DNA of 64,000 bases, from the NCBI GenBank assembly GCA_964592745.1, contig CAZQFL010000004.1, positions 16,041 through 80,040 of the forward strand, read 5' to 3'. The position numbers and the translations under genes were made by a program. This DNA is from an uncultured Desulfurococcaceae archaeon. GTDB taxonomy: Archaea > Thermoproteota > Thermoprotei_A > Sulfolobales > NBVN01. The notes beneath the pieces are model-generated. The model did no database searches, was not told where the DNA came from, and saw only the letters and a list, made by a program, of their open reading frames with translations. Of this stretch, positions 1 to 10,133 are shown one piece after another. Numbering within the stretch: position 1 is the first letter of the stretch; each line of letters begins with the position of its first letter.

Positions 1-177
1 TGGGCTGATATAGTTATCTTCGATCCTAAATTAATAAGTGATGAAGCAACTTTCAAAGAACCTAGAAGAAGACCTAAGGGAATAAAATACGTTATAGTTA
101 ATGGTGTAGTGGAGGTAGAGGACGGAGAGTTAACGGGTAAACGTGGAGGTAAGGTATTAAGGAGGGCAAGTTCTTGA
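1..177 (+). CDS. D-aminoacylase-type amidohydrolase, C-terminal fragment (5' end outside window)
   Basis: Frame 1 is open from the window edge to TGA at 175-177. WADIVIFDP...KYVIVNGVVEVEDGELTGKRGGKVL parallels the C-terminus of the full-length paralog at 7298..8896 (KADIVIFNYN...EYVIVNGVVVIDKGKHTGKMPGRLL). Confidence 0.6.
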   Translation, partial: WADIVIFDPKLISDEATFKEPRRRPKGIKYVIVNGVVEVEDGELTGKRGGKVLRRASS

Positions 178-235
178 TGTGCTTATTAACGTATAAAGCT
201 AATTACATTTATTTACTTTTTAACGCTCAACTTAT

Positions 236-424
236 ATGGTGCCATTAATGCGTTCATGTGAGGATGTGTGCTTTGAAGAGTGTCAGGAGGAGTGTCTATA
301 TCGTAGATGCCCACCACCAGTTGGAGCACTAGCTGACATTCATGAGGCTTGTTTCTCTAGCTGTTTAAATTACTGTTATAATGAATGTATAGAGAAGTGT
401 AAGGGATTAGGGAGTAAACAGTAA
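236..424 (+). CDS. small cysteine-rich protein (10 Cys in 62 aa, two CX3C ladders)
   Basis: ATG ORF in an otherwise empty intergenic gap, with an A/T-rich TATA-like stretch upstream. Cys lie at 8, 12, 16, 20, 25 and at 39, 43, 47, 51, 55. I recognise no homolog. Confidence 0.4.
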   Translation: MVPLMRSCEDVCFEECQEECLYRRCPPPVGALADIHEACFSSCLNYCYNECIEKCKGLGSKQ

Positions 425-505
425 GTATAGTGAGCATAGTTAGTAACAAAGTATAGTGCTAAGGTGCTCTATATGCGGTGCTCCATGATAATTAGTAGGT
501 AGTGT

Positions 506-2209
506 GTGTTAGGAGTGCCAGCATTAAACCCCTTCACTGAACAGTACGCTATATTCGCAGTCTTACTTATGCTTGGATTCCTCATTGGTAACTTACTTCG
601 CAAGATAAGGTTATCACCAGCTATAGGTTACTTAGTAGCAGGACTTATTGTTGGTTTGCTAACCGAGATACCTGAGGAATTGTCTGTAGTGCTTACGTAT
701 CTAAGTGAGATAAGCATTTTGCTACTGTTTTTCGAGATAGGCTTTGAAATACATGTAACTAAACTTAAGCAAATTAGTAGCTTTCCTCTCTATTTGTCGC
801 TATTTGAAATGTCTATTGCTATACCATTAACTATCGGTACATGTATAGTTTTAGGTCTTGATATTAATGATGCGCTTATACTGGGTCTTATAGCTAGCTT
901 CTCAAGTACTATATTTACATATAAACTTCTTGAGGAGTGCAAACCTAGTGGGAATGGAGTCTTTAAAACCGTATTAATGGTTGCTGCTGTTGAGGATGTA
1001 GTCATAGTTATAGCGTTAGCTATGATTCAGGGTATTAATATGCCTATTCATATATTTGTTATAGAGGTAGTAGCCTTAAGTCTAGCTATATTCTTCCTAA
1101 GCCTTGAATTAGTAGAGAGGGTATTTTCAAGAGTAATTAAACCTGATGATACAGGTTTAATACTCCTGATATCCTATGGATTACTTCTTGGCTTAATTAC
1201 TACATATCTCGGTCTAGGTCCTGCCCTAGGTGCATTCATAGCAGGGGTGACCCTCTCAAGCCTTAAAATATCTAAAGAATTAATGAGAATGTTTAAACCA
1301 GTACGTGCAGTATTTTTAACACTTTTCTTGATATTTATGGGATTAAACATATCGTCAATACATATAGATCTTAATTCATTATCACTACTAATTCTACTTT
1401 CATTAATAATGTGTATAATCCACACTTTTTCAACAATAACTTCATCAGTCATGGTTAGTGGTTTAGGGATTAGACAAGGTATGGAGGCGGGACTTTATTT
1501 ATCAACTATTAGTGAACTCTCCTTAGTTATCGCTTATTACGCTATAAGTGCAGGTATAGCCTCTCCGTACGTCTTAACAATAAGTGCATTAGCCATAACC
1601 TTTGCTTCATTATTTAGTTCTAGTTTTATATCAGTAAAGGATGATATAATATCTAAATTCTTAGGTAAAGTTTTAGGTGATACAGCATTACTCCTGGATG
1701 ACGTCACGTTACGATTTAGGAGATTAGTTGAGGGTTATGCTCACAAGAGAATTCAACACGTATTTAAAACTATATTACACAATGTTGGCGAGATCCTAAT
1801 AATGTTACTTATTGCTTACACAGTATTATCTGAAATATACATTAGATGGGGTCTTAATGCTTTAATTTTAAGTATTTCTATAGGACTACCAATAGCTTAC
1901 ATGATAATTCATAGGTTAATCAAAAGAACTGAACTATTAATACATGAACTATTAGTGAATATTAGTAAGGAGTTTACACAATACTTAGAGACATTAATAC
2001 GTAGATTTCTCTTCACGATAGTGATAGTCATCACGATAGAATTAGCTCTATTAATAGCTATATTTAGGTATTCAAAGTCGCTAATGAATGTCCTGGGTAA
2101 GCAGTATTTAGGGTTAATTACGTTATTAATCTCTTCAATACCCTTATTCCTAGTTTTTATTATAGGTATTTACATGTTAGTTAAGTGGAGAAGAATAAGT
2201 AATCCTTAA
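506..2209 (+). CDS. monovalent cation:proton antiporter (CPA2/Kef-type Na+/H+ exchanger family) with extra C-terminal membrane region
   Basis: 567-aa polytopic membrane protein. The N-terminal ~380 aa has the typical Na_H_exchanger pattern (GYLVAGLIVG, FFEIGFE, GAFIAGV). GTG start. Confidence 0.7.
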   Translation: MLGVPALNPFTEQYAIFAVLLMLGFLIGNLLRKIRLSPAIGYLVAGLIVGLLTEIPEELSVVLTYLSEISILLLFFEIGFEIHVTKLKQISSFPLYLSLFEMSIAIPLTIGTCIVLGLDINDALILGLIASFSSTIFTYKLLEECKPSGNGVFKTVLMVAAVEDVVIVIALAMIQGINMPIHIFVIEVVALSLAIFFLSLELVERVFSRVIKPDDTGLILLISYGLLLGLITTYLGLGPALGAFIAGVTLSSLKISKELMRMFKPVRAVFLTLFLIFMGLNISSIHIDLNSLSLLILLSLIMCIIHTFSTITSSVMVSGLGIRQGMEAGLYLSTISELSLVIAYYAISAGIASPYVLTISALAITFASLFSSSFISVKDDIISKFLGKVLGDTALLLDDVTLRFRRLVEGYAHKRIQHVFKTILHNVGEILIMLLIAYTVLSEIYIRWGLNALILSISIGLPIAYMIIHRLIKRTELLIHELLVNISKEFTQYLETLIRRFLFTIVIVITIELALLIAIFRYSKSLMNVLGKQYLGLITLLISSIPLFLVFIIGIYMLVKWRRISNP

Positions 2210-2224
2210 ATATCAAGATACACG

Positions 2225-2998
2225 TTACTTGACTTTATAATATAGCCTAAACATTTTGTTAAGTGCTTTAACTTTAGTTATTTCTATATTACCAACTTCT
2301 TTTGTATTCCTTACGTGAGTTCCTGTGCATGGAATTCCATTCACACCTTCGATAATGACTACTCTATAAATTCTTGATTCAGGTAATCTACTAATATTTG
2401 GTGCATTAAATATAACATCCCGCAATTTATCTTTAGTCACGTATACATGATTAACGTTTTTACCTTTCCTTACGATCTCATTAGCTATTCTCTCAATTTC
2501 ATTCACCATATTACTACTTGGTGGTTCAGCTTCGTAACCCACATATGCCTCCGGTGGACCGTGAAATGCATCCAAGGTATTAACGATACTGCCATAGACT
2601 TTTTGAACGGCATAATCAAGGATGTGACCTGCTGTATGCAGTCTCATAACTTTATATCTTTGGTTCCAATCAATTTCGCAATATACGGTATTACCAATGA
2701 ATTTATCAACAATTAAACTACCATCCTTAACTTTAACGTAATGAATAATTACATCATTAATGTCTAAGACCTTCTTAACATCAAGAATAACTCCATTAAT
2801 TTTGATAATACCCACATCACTCGGTTGGCCACCACCCTTCGGATGAAATATTGTTCTATCCAAAATAATATAGTACCTGCTACCTTTCTCCCTTAGAATA
2901 CCTAATACCTTAGCTGTACATGATTTAAGGTAGGGGTCATCTAAGTATAATTTTAATGTTTTAGGAAAATTTTTAGCCCATATCCTTACATCAGGCAA
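2225..2998 (-). CDS. alaX: alanyl-tRNA editing protein AlaX (AlaRS second additional domain homolog)
   Basis: 257 aa with the HxxxH (HTAGHIL) and CxxxH (CTGTHV) zinc motifs of the AlaRS/ThrRS editing domain. The size fits AlaX-M. Confidence 0.8.
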   Translation of the reverse strand: MPDVRIWAKNFPKTLKLYLDDPYLKSCTAKVLGILREKGSRYYIILDRTIFHPKGGGQPSDVGIIKINGVILDVKKVLDINDVIIHYVKVKDGSLIVDKFIGNTVYCEIDWNQRYKVMRLHTAGHILDYAVQKVYGSIVNTLDAFHGPPEAYVGYEAEPPSSNMVNEIERIANEIVRKGKNVNHVYVTKDKLRDVIFNAPNISRLPESRIYRVVIIEGVNGIPCTGTHVRNTKEVGNIEITKVKALNKMFRLYYKVK

Positions 2999-3169
2999 TA
3001 ATACTCACCAAAATACCTGCTCAGCAACAATTAAAAGTGGTTTAGAGTTGAGAGCCTAGATTATAACCCCCGATATCCTTAATTAAACACTCATGATAAA
3101 AAGAAACCTCCTTTATATGTGAGGGAATATATTTATTATTTCCCTCCCCCTTACCATTAAGGGATACGC

Positions 3170-3883
3170 GTGTCTTCTAGACCTCTTGATATAATTGAGA
3201 AAGCCTTATCTGAAGGTAGATCGAAACTCTTAGAACATGAGGCATTAGCTCTCATAGAATCCTACGGCATACCTGTTGCTAAGTATGGTATTGTTTATGA
3301 TGAAAATGATGTTGAGAGAGTAGTTAAGTCTATAGGATTTCCGATAGTTGCTAAAGTTGTAAGTCCTGATATATCTCATAAAAGTGATGTAGGAGGTGTA
3401 ATACTAGGCATTAAAGATATCGAAGGTGCCGTAAAATCTTATAGGCAGATAATGAACAACGTTAGGAGGCATGCACCAAATGCTAGAATAGTTGGTGTGT
3501 TGTATCAGAAGATGGCTAACCCAGGATATATCGAGGTTATCGTGGGCGCTACCAGGGATCAAACCTTTGGTCCTGTCGTGATGTTTGGTATAGGCGGAAT
3601 CTTCGTTGAATTACTAAAGGATGTAAGCTTTAGATTAGCTCCCCTTGATCCTGAAGATGCTGAAGACATGATCAAGGAGATTAAAGGATATAAATTACTT
3701 GAAGGTTATAGAGGGATGCCTCCAAGGGATGTGGAGGCTATTAAAGACATATTAATTAAGACTTCAAGAATCATAACAGACATAGATAGAATACAAGATA
3801 TAGATCTAAATCCGATAATGCTATACGAGAGAGGCAAAGGTGCTTTAACAGTTGATGTAAGAGTGATATTAAAGAGGGCTTAA
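3170..3883 (+). CDS. ADP-forming acetyl-CoA synthetase beta-type subunit (ATP-grasp domain protein)
   Basis: 237 aa. LLEHEALALIESYGIPV...FPIVAKVVSPDISHKSDVGGV...GPVVMFGIGGIFVE is the ATP-grasp module of NDP-forming acyl-CoA synthetases. GTG start. Confidence 0.7.
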   Translation: MSSRPLDIIEKALSEGRSKLLEHEALALIESYGIPVAKYGIVYDENDVERVVKSIGFPIVAKVVSPDISHKSDVGGVILGIKDIEGAVKSYRQIMNNVRRHAPNARIVGVLYQKMANPGYIEVIVGATRDQTFGPVVMFGIGGIFVELLKDVSFRLAPLDPEDAEDMIKEIKGYKLLEGYRGMPPRDVEAIKDILIKTSRIITDIDRIQDIDLNPIMLYERGKGALTVDVRVILKRA

Positions 3884-4032
3884 CCGTGATAAAATAGTCA
3901 TGCTGTAATAAGATATCAAGGTGGTATTAATTCTAAGCTAAAAAACACTATTATGCACACTAAATCTCAAAATTAGAAATGTTTTTAAGTTAACCCGTAA
4001 TACATTTAATGTAAAGTAACGAGGGGGTATAT

Positions 4033-5280
4033 TTGGGCTTCTGGCAGAGATATCTTTCATTCCCTGTAATATATAAGATTGCTATAGGCTTTATTCTAGG
4101 AATTATTGCTGGTTTACTGATAGGACCGCCAATTACCGTGATAAAGCCTCTCGGTGACTTCTTCATGAGATTGTTAAAGATGATAGTCATACCATTAATA
4201 TTCTTCACGCTAGTGTTGGGGTCTGCAAGCATAGATCCTAAGAAGTTAGGTAAGGCTGGTGGACTCATAGTTGTTATTTACGTGATTACATCATTCATAG
4301 CTGTATCAATAGGTTTAGCTGTAGGTTTAGCTGTACATCCAGGTTTAGGGTTCACATTACCTGGAGTGACTTACAAGCCTCCAAAGCCTGTTAGCTTCAT
4401 AGAGACCATACTTTCATGGATACCAACTAACCCGTTTGGAGCCATGGCGCAATTTAAAGTTATACCTACTATAATTTTCGCATTATTCGTAGGTATAGCA
4501 CTAGCGTATCTTAGGGTCTCAGATATACCTAGAGTTAGGGAGGCTGCTGAAACAGCTTATAGAGTTTTTGACGCGCTTTCAGAGGTTATGTATAAGATCG
4601 TCAAGTTCGTACTGGAGGTTGCCCCTTACGGCGTCTTCGCATTAATTGCTGTAATTATAGGTAAGACGGGAGTCGCTATATTTATGCCATACGCTAAGCT
4701 AATAGGTGCTGAAGCATTAGGTATAGCTATACAGATAGGTGTAGTTTATACAGCCATACTACTAATTTCTGGCATTAACCCAGTAAAGTTCTTTGGTGCA
4801 GCTTCTGAGGCGATGTTAACAGCGTTTGTTACAAGGAGTAGCTCTGGTACATTACCTGTGACTATGAGAGTTGCTGATGAGAAATTAGGTATAGATAGAG
4901 GTTTATACTCCTTCACCTTACCTCTTGGAGCAACCATAAACATGGATGGAACAGCTATATACATGGCCTTAGTAGCCATATTTGCTGCGGACATCGTTGG
5001 TAGAACCTTAACAGCACCAGAACTAGCCACACTAGCTGTTGCGGCAGTTATGGCGTCTGTAGGTGCTGCTGGAGTACCTAGCGCTGGTTTAATAATGCTA
5101 ACTGTAACATTAACATCAGTAGGCTTACCTCTTGAGGTTATACCACTAATAGCAGGTATAGATGTTATCCTTGATATGATGAGGACTATGAATAATGTAA
5201 CTGGAGACCTTACTGTAACAACAGCAATAGCTAAATTCTACAAGCTTATTGACTTCAAGAGAGGAATATGGGCATCATAA
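4033..5280 (+). CDS. dicarboxylate/amino acid:cation symporter (GltP/GltPh, DAACS family)
   Basis: 415-aa membrane protein with family hallmarks: TRSSSGTLPVT (HP1 serine-rich loop), GATINMDGTA and NVTGD. TTG start. Confidence 0.85.
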   Translation: MGFWQRYLSFPVIYKIAIGFILGIIAGLLIGPPITVIKPLGDFFMRLLKMIVIPLIFFTLVLGSASIDPKKLGKAGGLIVVIYVITSFIAVSIGLAVGLAVHPGLGFTLPGVTYKPPKPVSFIETILSWIPTNPFGAMAQFKVIPTIIFALFVGIALAYLRVSDIPRVREAAETAYRVFDALSEVMYKIVKFVLEVAPYGVFALIAVIIGKTGVAIFMPYAKLIGAEALGIAIQIGVVYTAILLISGINPVKFFGAASEAMLTAFVTRSSSGTLPVTMRVADEKLGIDRGLYSFTLPLGATINMDGTAIYMALVAIFAADIVGRTLTAPELATLAVAAVMASVGAAGVPSAGLIMLTVTLTSVGLPLEVIPLIAGIDVILDMMRTMNNVTGDLTVTTAIAKFYKLIDFKRGIWAS

Positions 5281-5345
5281 TTTTAAATTAAATTCCTCCT
5301 TACTATTTTTTACCTTAACCACTACTACTAAATTTGTGATACCTA

Positions 5346-6548
5346 ATGTTACCCACAAGAATTAATTCAACATTAAAGACCGTATATTGTACTAGGTGTG
5401 GTGCTACATACGATCCTAATAAGATAAATACCATTTGCCCTAAATGCGGCGGTGTACTTTATGTGGACTATGATGTAGAATATGCAAAAACGCTTATGAA
5501 TCGCGATTTACTTAGAAGAAGACCTAGATCCTTAGGTCTTTGGAGGTTTATGGAATTACTGCCTGTCAAGGATGGTAGGAATGTTGTCTCTCTCGGTGAA
5601 GGCGCTACACCATTAATTAGAGCGAAAAGATTGGGAGAGATTCTTGGATTAAAAAATCTCTACATTAAGGATGAATCACTAAATCCTACGGGAACGTTTA
5701 AGGCTAGAGGTCTTTCAGTAGCTATCTCTAAGGCTTTAGAGCTAGGTATTAAGAAGGTTGGTATGCCTTCATCCGGTAATGCTGGAGCTGCCTTAGCAGC
5801 ATATGCTACTAGGGCAGGTATTAAAGCGATTATATATGCACCTAAGGATACTCCTAAGGCAATGCTTACCGAGATGACGATGTATGGTGCTGAGTTGAGA
5901 CTTGTTGAGGGAACCATAGCAGATGCTGGTAAAGAATTAAATAAGGTTAAGGATGTAGAAGGAATATTCGATATGTCAACGATGAAGGAGCCATACAGAC
6001 TGGAGGGTAAGAAAACTATGGGTTATGAAATAGTTGAGGATCTTGACTGGATAGCACCTGATGTCATAATATACCCTACAGGAGGTGGGACAGGCTTATT
6101 AGGGATATGGAAGGGTATTAATGAGTTGAGAATGATGGGGCTCTTAAAAGAGGAGAAACTACCCAGGATGATATCGGTACAAAGTACTGGTTGTGCACCC
6201 ATAGTTAAGGCGTTTCATGAAGGTAAGGAATACACCGAGGTATGGACTAGTCCAAAAACTATAGCTCCGGGAATTAAGGTACCCAAGCCTTTCGCAGACT
6301 ACCTAATACTTAAAGTGTTAAGGAAAAGCAAGGGTACAGCCATAGCTGTTAGTGATAATGAAATATTAGACGCTATTAAGGAGCTCTCAAAAACTGAAGG
6401 TATACTTCCATGTCCTGAGAGCGCATCAACCTTGGCGGCATTACATAAGTTACTTGAGCAAGGCTTAATTGATAAAGACGAAGTTGTGGTACTGGTCAAT
6501 ACAGGTAGTGGTCTTAAATACATTGACCTAATTAACCAATACCTTTAG
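5346..6548 (+). CDS. thrC: threonine synthase (PLP-dependent, N-terminal zinc ribbon)
   Basis: 400 aa. CxxC...CxxC ribbon, PLP-lysine motif KDESLNPTGTFKARG, SSGNAG, and glycine loop PTGGGTGLLG. Confidence 0.85.
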   Translation: MLPTRINSTLKTVYCTRCGATYDPNKINTICPKCGGVLYVDYDVEYAKTLMNRDLLRRRPRSLGLWRFMELLPVKDGRNVVSLGEGATPLIRAKRLGEILGLKNLYIKDESLNPTGTFKARGLSVAISKALELGIKKVGMPSSGNAGAALAAYATRAGIKAIIYAPKDTPKAMLTEMTMYGAELRLVEGTIADAGKELNKVKDVEGIFDMSTMKEPYRLEGKKTMGYEIVEDLDWIAPDVIIYPTGGGTGLLGIWKGINELRMMGLLKEEKLPRMISVQSTGCAPIVKAFHEGKEYTEVWTSPKTIAPGIKVPKPFADYLILKVLRKSKGTAIAVSDNEILDAIKELSKTEGILPCPESASTLAALHKLLEQGLIDKDEVVVLVNTGSGLKYIDLINQYL

Positions 6549-6605
6549 ATTAACGTGGAATTAAATACATATTTTTATTCTTAATGCTAATCTCGTGGGG
6601 TAAGT

Positions 6606-7241
6606 GTGAGTGAAGTAGTTCGTGACTTTACTAAGCTTAAGGCTAACTTAATCAATGCTGCTAGGAAATTCATTAGTGAAGTATTTAGAGTTAAATACAT
6701 TAAGGTAACAATTAAGTGGAGCAGACATGAGGAATTAGGTAGATGTTCTGTGGATTTCCAAAGAAACAGTATATCATTCACCTTTAGGATACCACTCAAA
6801 GGCATGACAACTGAAGATCTAGCTGTGTCATGTATAGAGGCAGTTACGAGTAAGACTCAGAGAATATTTATTAATGCATCAATTGCAGGCTTCATACTAC
6901 TTACCGTTTTATGGTACTTACTACCCACCCAAATACCTGAATCCATTAGAGGTACCATACTCTTCACAATATTTCTCTTCACTATAACAATGATCTTCTC
7001 AGCAGGTATTAGCATCTTAAAGCATGAGAAAGAATTAAAGAGTTTAAAGAGTGATTACATTAAATTAGCTAAGAGCGAGTTGATATGTATGAGAACATAT
7101 AGTCTACTCGTAGACTTAGTGTCATGGATTCTTAGAGAATGTAGAGGGAAGAATAAGGTAGTAATCGATGCTTCAAGAATAGCTAATATGATTATGAGTC
7201 AATATGGTTCATTGATTAGGGAATTAAATCTAAAGACATAA
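6606..7241 (+). CDS. hypothetical membrane protein
   Basis: 211-aa ORF with a soluble N-terminal part and two central hydrophobic helices. No recognisable family. GTG start. Confidence 0.4.
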   Translation: MSEVVRDFTKLKANLINAARKFISEVFRVKYIKVTIKWSRHEELGRCSVDFQRNSISFTFRIPLKGMTTEDLAVSCIEAVTSKTQRIFINASIAGFILLTVLWYLLPTQIPESIRGTILFTIFLFTITMIFSAGISILKHEKELKSLKSDYIKLAKSELICMRTYSLLVDLVSWILRECRGKNKVVIDASRIANMIMSQYGSLIRELNLKT

Positions 7242-7297
7242 CCCGCAATCAAACCTTACGTCAGATTAAATAAAACTTCATATTTAAATATAATTGG

Positions 7298-8896
7298 ATG
7301 AAGTTTATGTCCCACTTTGATGTAGTTATTAAAGGAGGCTATATTATCGATGGTACCGGAGCCCCACCATTCAAGAGTGATGTAGGTATTATAAACGATA
7401 CTATTCAAAAAATAGGCGACTTAAGCGGTTATAAAGCAGAGGTAATAATTAATGCTGAAGGCCTTTATGTAACTCCAGGATTCATAGACATACATAATCA
7501 TAGTGATTTATCTATATTTAGCATACCTACAGCAGATAATTATGTAATGCAAGGTGTGACAACAATTGTCGTAGGTAATTGCGGTTCTTCACCAGCGCCA
7601 GTAACTGAGAGAAATAGAGAATTTATTAAGGAATTAATGTGGAGTTCAGGTATTGAAAATTACGACATTAGATGGAATTCCTTTAATACCTATCTTCAAG
7701 AGTTAGATAAACTCAAGAAAAGCATTAACGTAGTTACATTGGTAGGTCATGGCACAATAAGGTCCGCTATTTTAGGCTTTGATGAGGCTAAACCAAGTGA
7801 GAGGGAGCTTAAGGAGATGTGTGAATTACTTAGTGAATCGCTTAGGGCTGGAGCTTTTGGAATGTCTCTCGGTCTTATCTATGTACCTAGCATGTTTGCT
7901 GATCGTGACGAACTTCTAAGTTTATCGAAAATTATTTCTAAGTATGATGGTGTTCTAGCAGTCCATATGAGAGATGAAGGAGCTAATCTTCTAGATTCCA
8001 TCTTCGAAGTCATTAATATAGCTAAGGAGACTAAAGTAAAACTTGAGATTTCCCATCTTAAAGCAGTTGGTAAGCCTAATTGGGGGAAGGCTTTATTGGC
8101 GCTTAAGATCATTGAGGATTATTCATATAGAGGGTTGGATGTAAGTGCTGATGCGTATCCCTATGAGGCATCATCTACGTTCCTCTCAGCAATATTACCT
8201 AAGTGGGTTAGAGAAGGTGGTAGTAAGGAGTTAGTTAAGAGGTTGAGAAGGGATGATGTGATTAGTAGGTTACGTGAAGAGTTGATGAGGGTTGGCATAA
8301 TGGGTAGTAGAAGACTTGATTGGGATGATATAATGATATCATCATCTCCTAAACATAGAGATATAGAGGGATTAAGGGTCAATGAAATAGCTTTGAAATG
8401 GGGTATAGAACCTTTTGATGTGATTATTAAGCTCTTGATAGAGGATGAAGGCAGTACTGAAATGATTGCTTTTGGAATGAATGAACATGAAGTTTCTAAA
8501 GTGATATCACACCCACTCGTAGCTATAGGTAGTGATGGCCTTATCAGGAAGTTTGGTGAGGGTAGACCTCATCCAAGGAATTATGGTACATTTCCAAGGG
8601 TAATAGCTAAATACGTACGTGAGTTAAAACTCATTAGCTTATCTGAAGCTATAAGGAAAATGACTAGCTTACCTGCTAGGAAGTTAGGGTTATGGGATAG
8701 GGGAATAATAAGGCCAGGATTTAAAGCAGATATAGTGATATTCAATTATAACACCATAAGGGATACTTCGACATATATTTCACCACACAAATATCCTACA
8801 GGCATAGAGTACGTCATTGTTAACGGTGTTGTAGTTATTGATAAAGGTAAACATACGGGCAAGATGCCTGGGAGGTTATTAAGACATCCCATTTAA
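7298..8896 (+). CDS. N-acyl-D-amino-acid deacylase (D-aminoacylase) family amidohydrolase
   Basis: 532 aa. GFIDIHNHSD metal motif, and the small beta-barrel N- and C-terminal segments typical of D-aminoacylases. A paralog of the fragment at 1..177. Confidence 0.8.
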   Translation: MKFMSHFDVVIKGGYIIDGTGAPPFKSDVGIINDTIQKIGDLSGYKAEVIINAEGLYVTPGFIDIHNHSDLSIFSIPTADNYVMQGVTTIVVGNCGSSPAPVTERNREFIKELMWSSGIENYDIRWNSFNTYLQELDKLKKSINVVTLVGHGTIRSAILGFDEAKPSERELKEMCELLSESLRAGAFGMSLGLIYVPSMFADRDELLSLSKIISKYDGVLAVHMRDEGANLLDSIFEVINIAKETKVKLEISHLKAVGKPNWGKALLALKIIEDYSYRGLDVSADAYPYEASSTFLSAILPKWVREGGSKELVKRLRRDDVISRLREELMRVGIMGSRRLDWDDIMISSSPKHRDIEGLRVNEIALKWGIEPFDVIIKLLIEDEGSTEMIAFGMNEHEVSKVISHPLVAIGSDGLIRKFGEGRPHPRNYGTFPRVIAKYVRELKLISLSEAIRKMTSLPARKLGLWDRGIIRPGFKADIVIFNYNTIRDTSTYISPHKYPTGIEYVIVNGVVVIDKGKHTGKMPGRLLRHPI

Positions 8897-9501
8897 CGAT
8901 GATTTTTAGTAATCAATCCTTTCTTTTTAAGATATTTAATTATATAATTGATAACGTATCTCAATTTTGATTTAGGCCATATACTATGCGATATTTGATA
9001 CACTTTATTACTTAACAATTCTTTATGTACATTAACTATTTCCTTATGAATTTTAAGTGCGTAATCCCTGCTTTCCCATCTTTCGCTATCTCTAAAGTAC
9101 ATATTTACATTCATATGGGTGAGGATTACTATGTCTATGTTACTTGCATGTTCTATTATTTCTTTAAATACTTCATCAGGTAATTTTACTTTATCGATTT
9201 TACAGTAAGCTATGGCACTTATAGGTCCTGAGTCCTCTACTATGATGTCGGGTGAATACTTTAAGGCTCTTCTGTAGTCCTCTAAATGTTTACTAACAAC
9301 TTTAACTTCAAATCCTACCCTATTAGTCCATGGTAAAGGTCCCCCACTGCTTTTACCTTCCTTTATTAACTCCCTTGCCCAATCTTTAATAACGTAGACT
9401 TTAAAACCGTATTTCGATAATTCATTGGATAGAGAGTTAACCAGTGTTGTCTTGCCTGAACAGGGACCACCTGCAATTAATATGTATGTTATTCTATTCA
9501 T
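8893..9501 (-). CDS. P-loop ATPase/kinase (AAA_28/NadR-kinase-like)
   Basis: 202 aa, Walker A GGPCSGKTT at the N-terminus, small nucleotide-kinase-like size. Converges on the D-aminoacylase gene and overlaps it by 4 nt. Confidence 0.6.
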   Translation of the reverse strand: MNRITYILIAGGPCSGKTTLVNSLSNELSKYGFKVYVIKDWARELIKEGKSSGGPLPWTNRVGFEVKVVSKHLEDYRRALKYSPDIIVEDSGPISAIAYCKIDKVKLPDEVFKEIIEHASNIDIVILTHMNVNMYFRDSERWESRDYALKIHKEIVNVHKELLSNKVYQISHSIWPKSKLRYVINYIIKYLKKKGLITKNHR

Positions 9502-9524
9502 TGCAGACTATCACTGAGGTATTC

Positions 9525-10043
9525 TTAGTATAATGAGGTACCACCATAAATATCAGATATGCCCTTTACATACAAGTATAATGTCGCATCTCTATAGCCT
9601 AAGGACACTCTAAGTATGTGTATAGGTCTCCAACCAGGTACTTCAAAGTCTAAAGTTATTACTTTAGTGCCTAGTCTTAGTTCTCTTTCAAGTTTAGGTT
9701 TCAACATTCTATTAACTGATGTTAATAAGTACATATAGACTATAGTAGCATCGCTTAATGATACATTAAAGAAGTCATCATTAATGAATTCCACTCTATC
9801 GAATACACCTAGCTTTCGTGCTCTCTCTTTAGCTTTTTCTATTAATTCCTTATTAATTTCTATACAGACGGCTCTCGCACCTCTTAAACTAGCTTCAACA
9901 GCAACTCTACCATCACCACATCCTAAGTCGTAAAATACGTCACCTTCCTTAGGCTTAGCAAGTAACATTATATATGGTAATAACTCAGACCTTGTAGGTA
10001 CCCATGGAGCTAGTATACCTCTTCTTAAACCACTCACTACCAT
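9525..10043 (-). CDS. class I SAM-dependent methyltransferase
   Basis: 172 aa. Motif I VFYDLGCGDGRV, followed by an acidic post-I residue (CIEIN). Confidence 0.75.
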   Translation of the reverse strand: MVVSGLRRGILAPWVPTRSELLPYIMLLAKPKEGDVFYDLGCGDGRVAVEASLRGARAVCIEINKELIEKAKERARKLGVFDRVEFINDDFFNVSLSDATIVYMYLLTSVNRMLKPKLERELRLGTKVITLDFEVPGWRPIHILRVSLGYRDATLYLYVKGISDIYGGTSLY

Positions 10044-10133
10044 TCACTATCCCCTCAAATATTACCTCTAATAGACGAGTTTTAATTAGCACTAAAGTAG
10101 TTTTTTACCTAAGCTCTCAGTGGGTAATAAAGG

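Noticed and set aside
790-1452. ORFs 790..1005(-) and 1174..1452(-) inside the antiporter gene
   Set aside because: They are antisense shadow ORFs embedded in a longer gene with a clear family assignment. The translations are low-complexity and carry no motifs.
2447-6523. ORFs 2447..2716(+), 3990..4268(-), 4746..5030(-), 5660..5917(-) and 6299..6523(-)
   Set aside because: All lie antisense within AlaX, the GltP-type symporter or thrC. Their composition is typical of shadow frames, and the opposite-strand genes are strongly supported.
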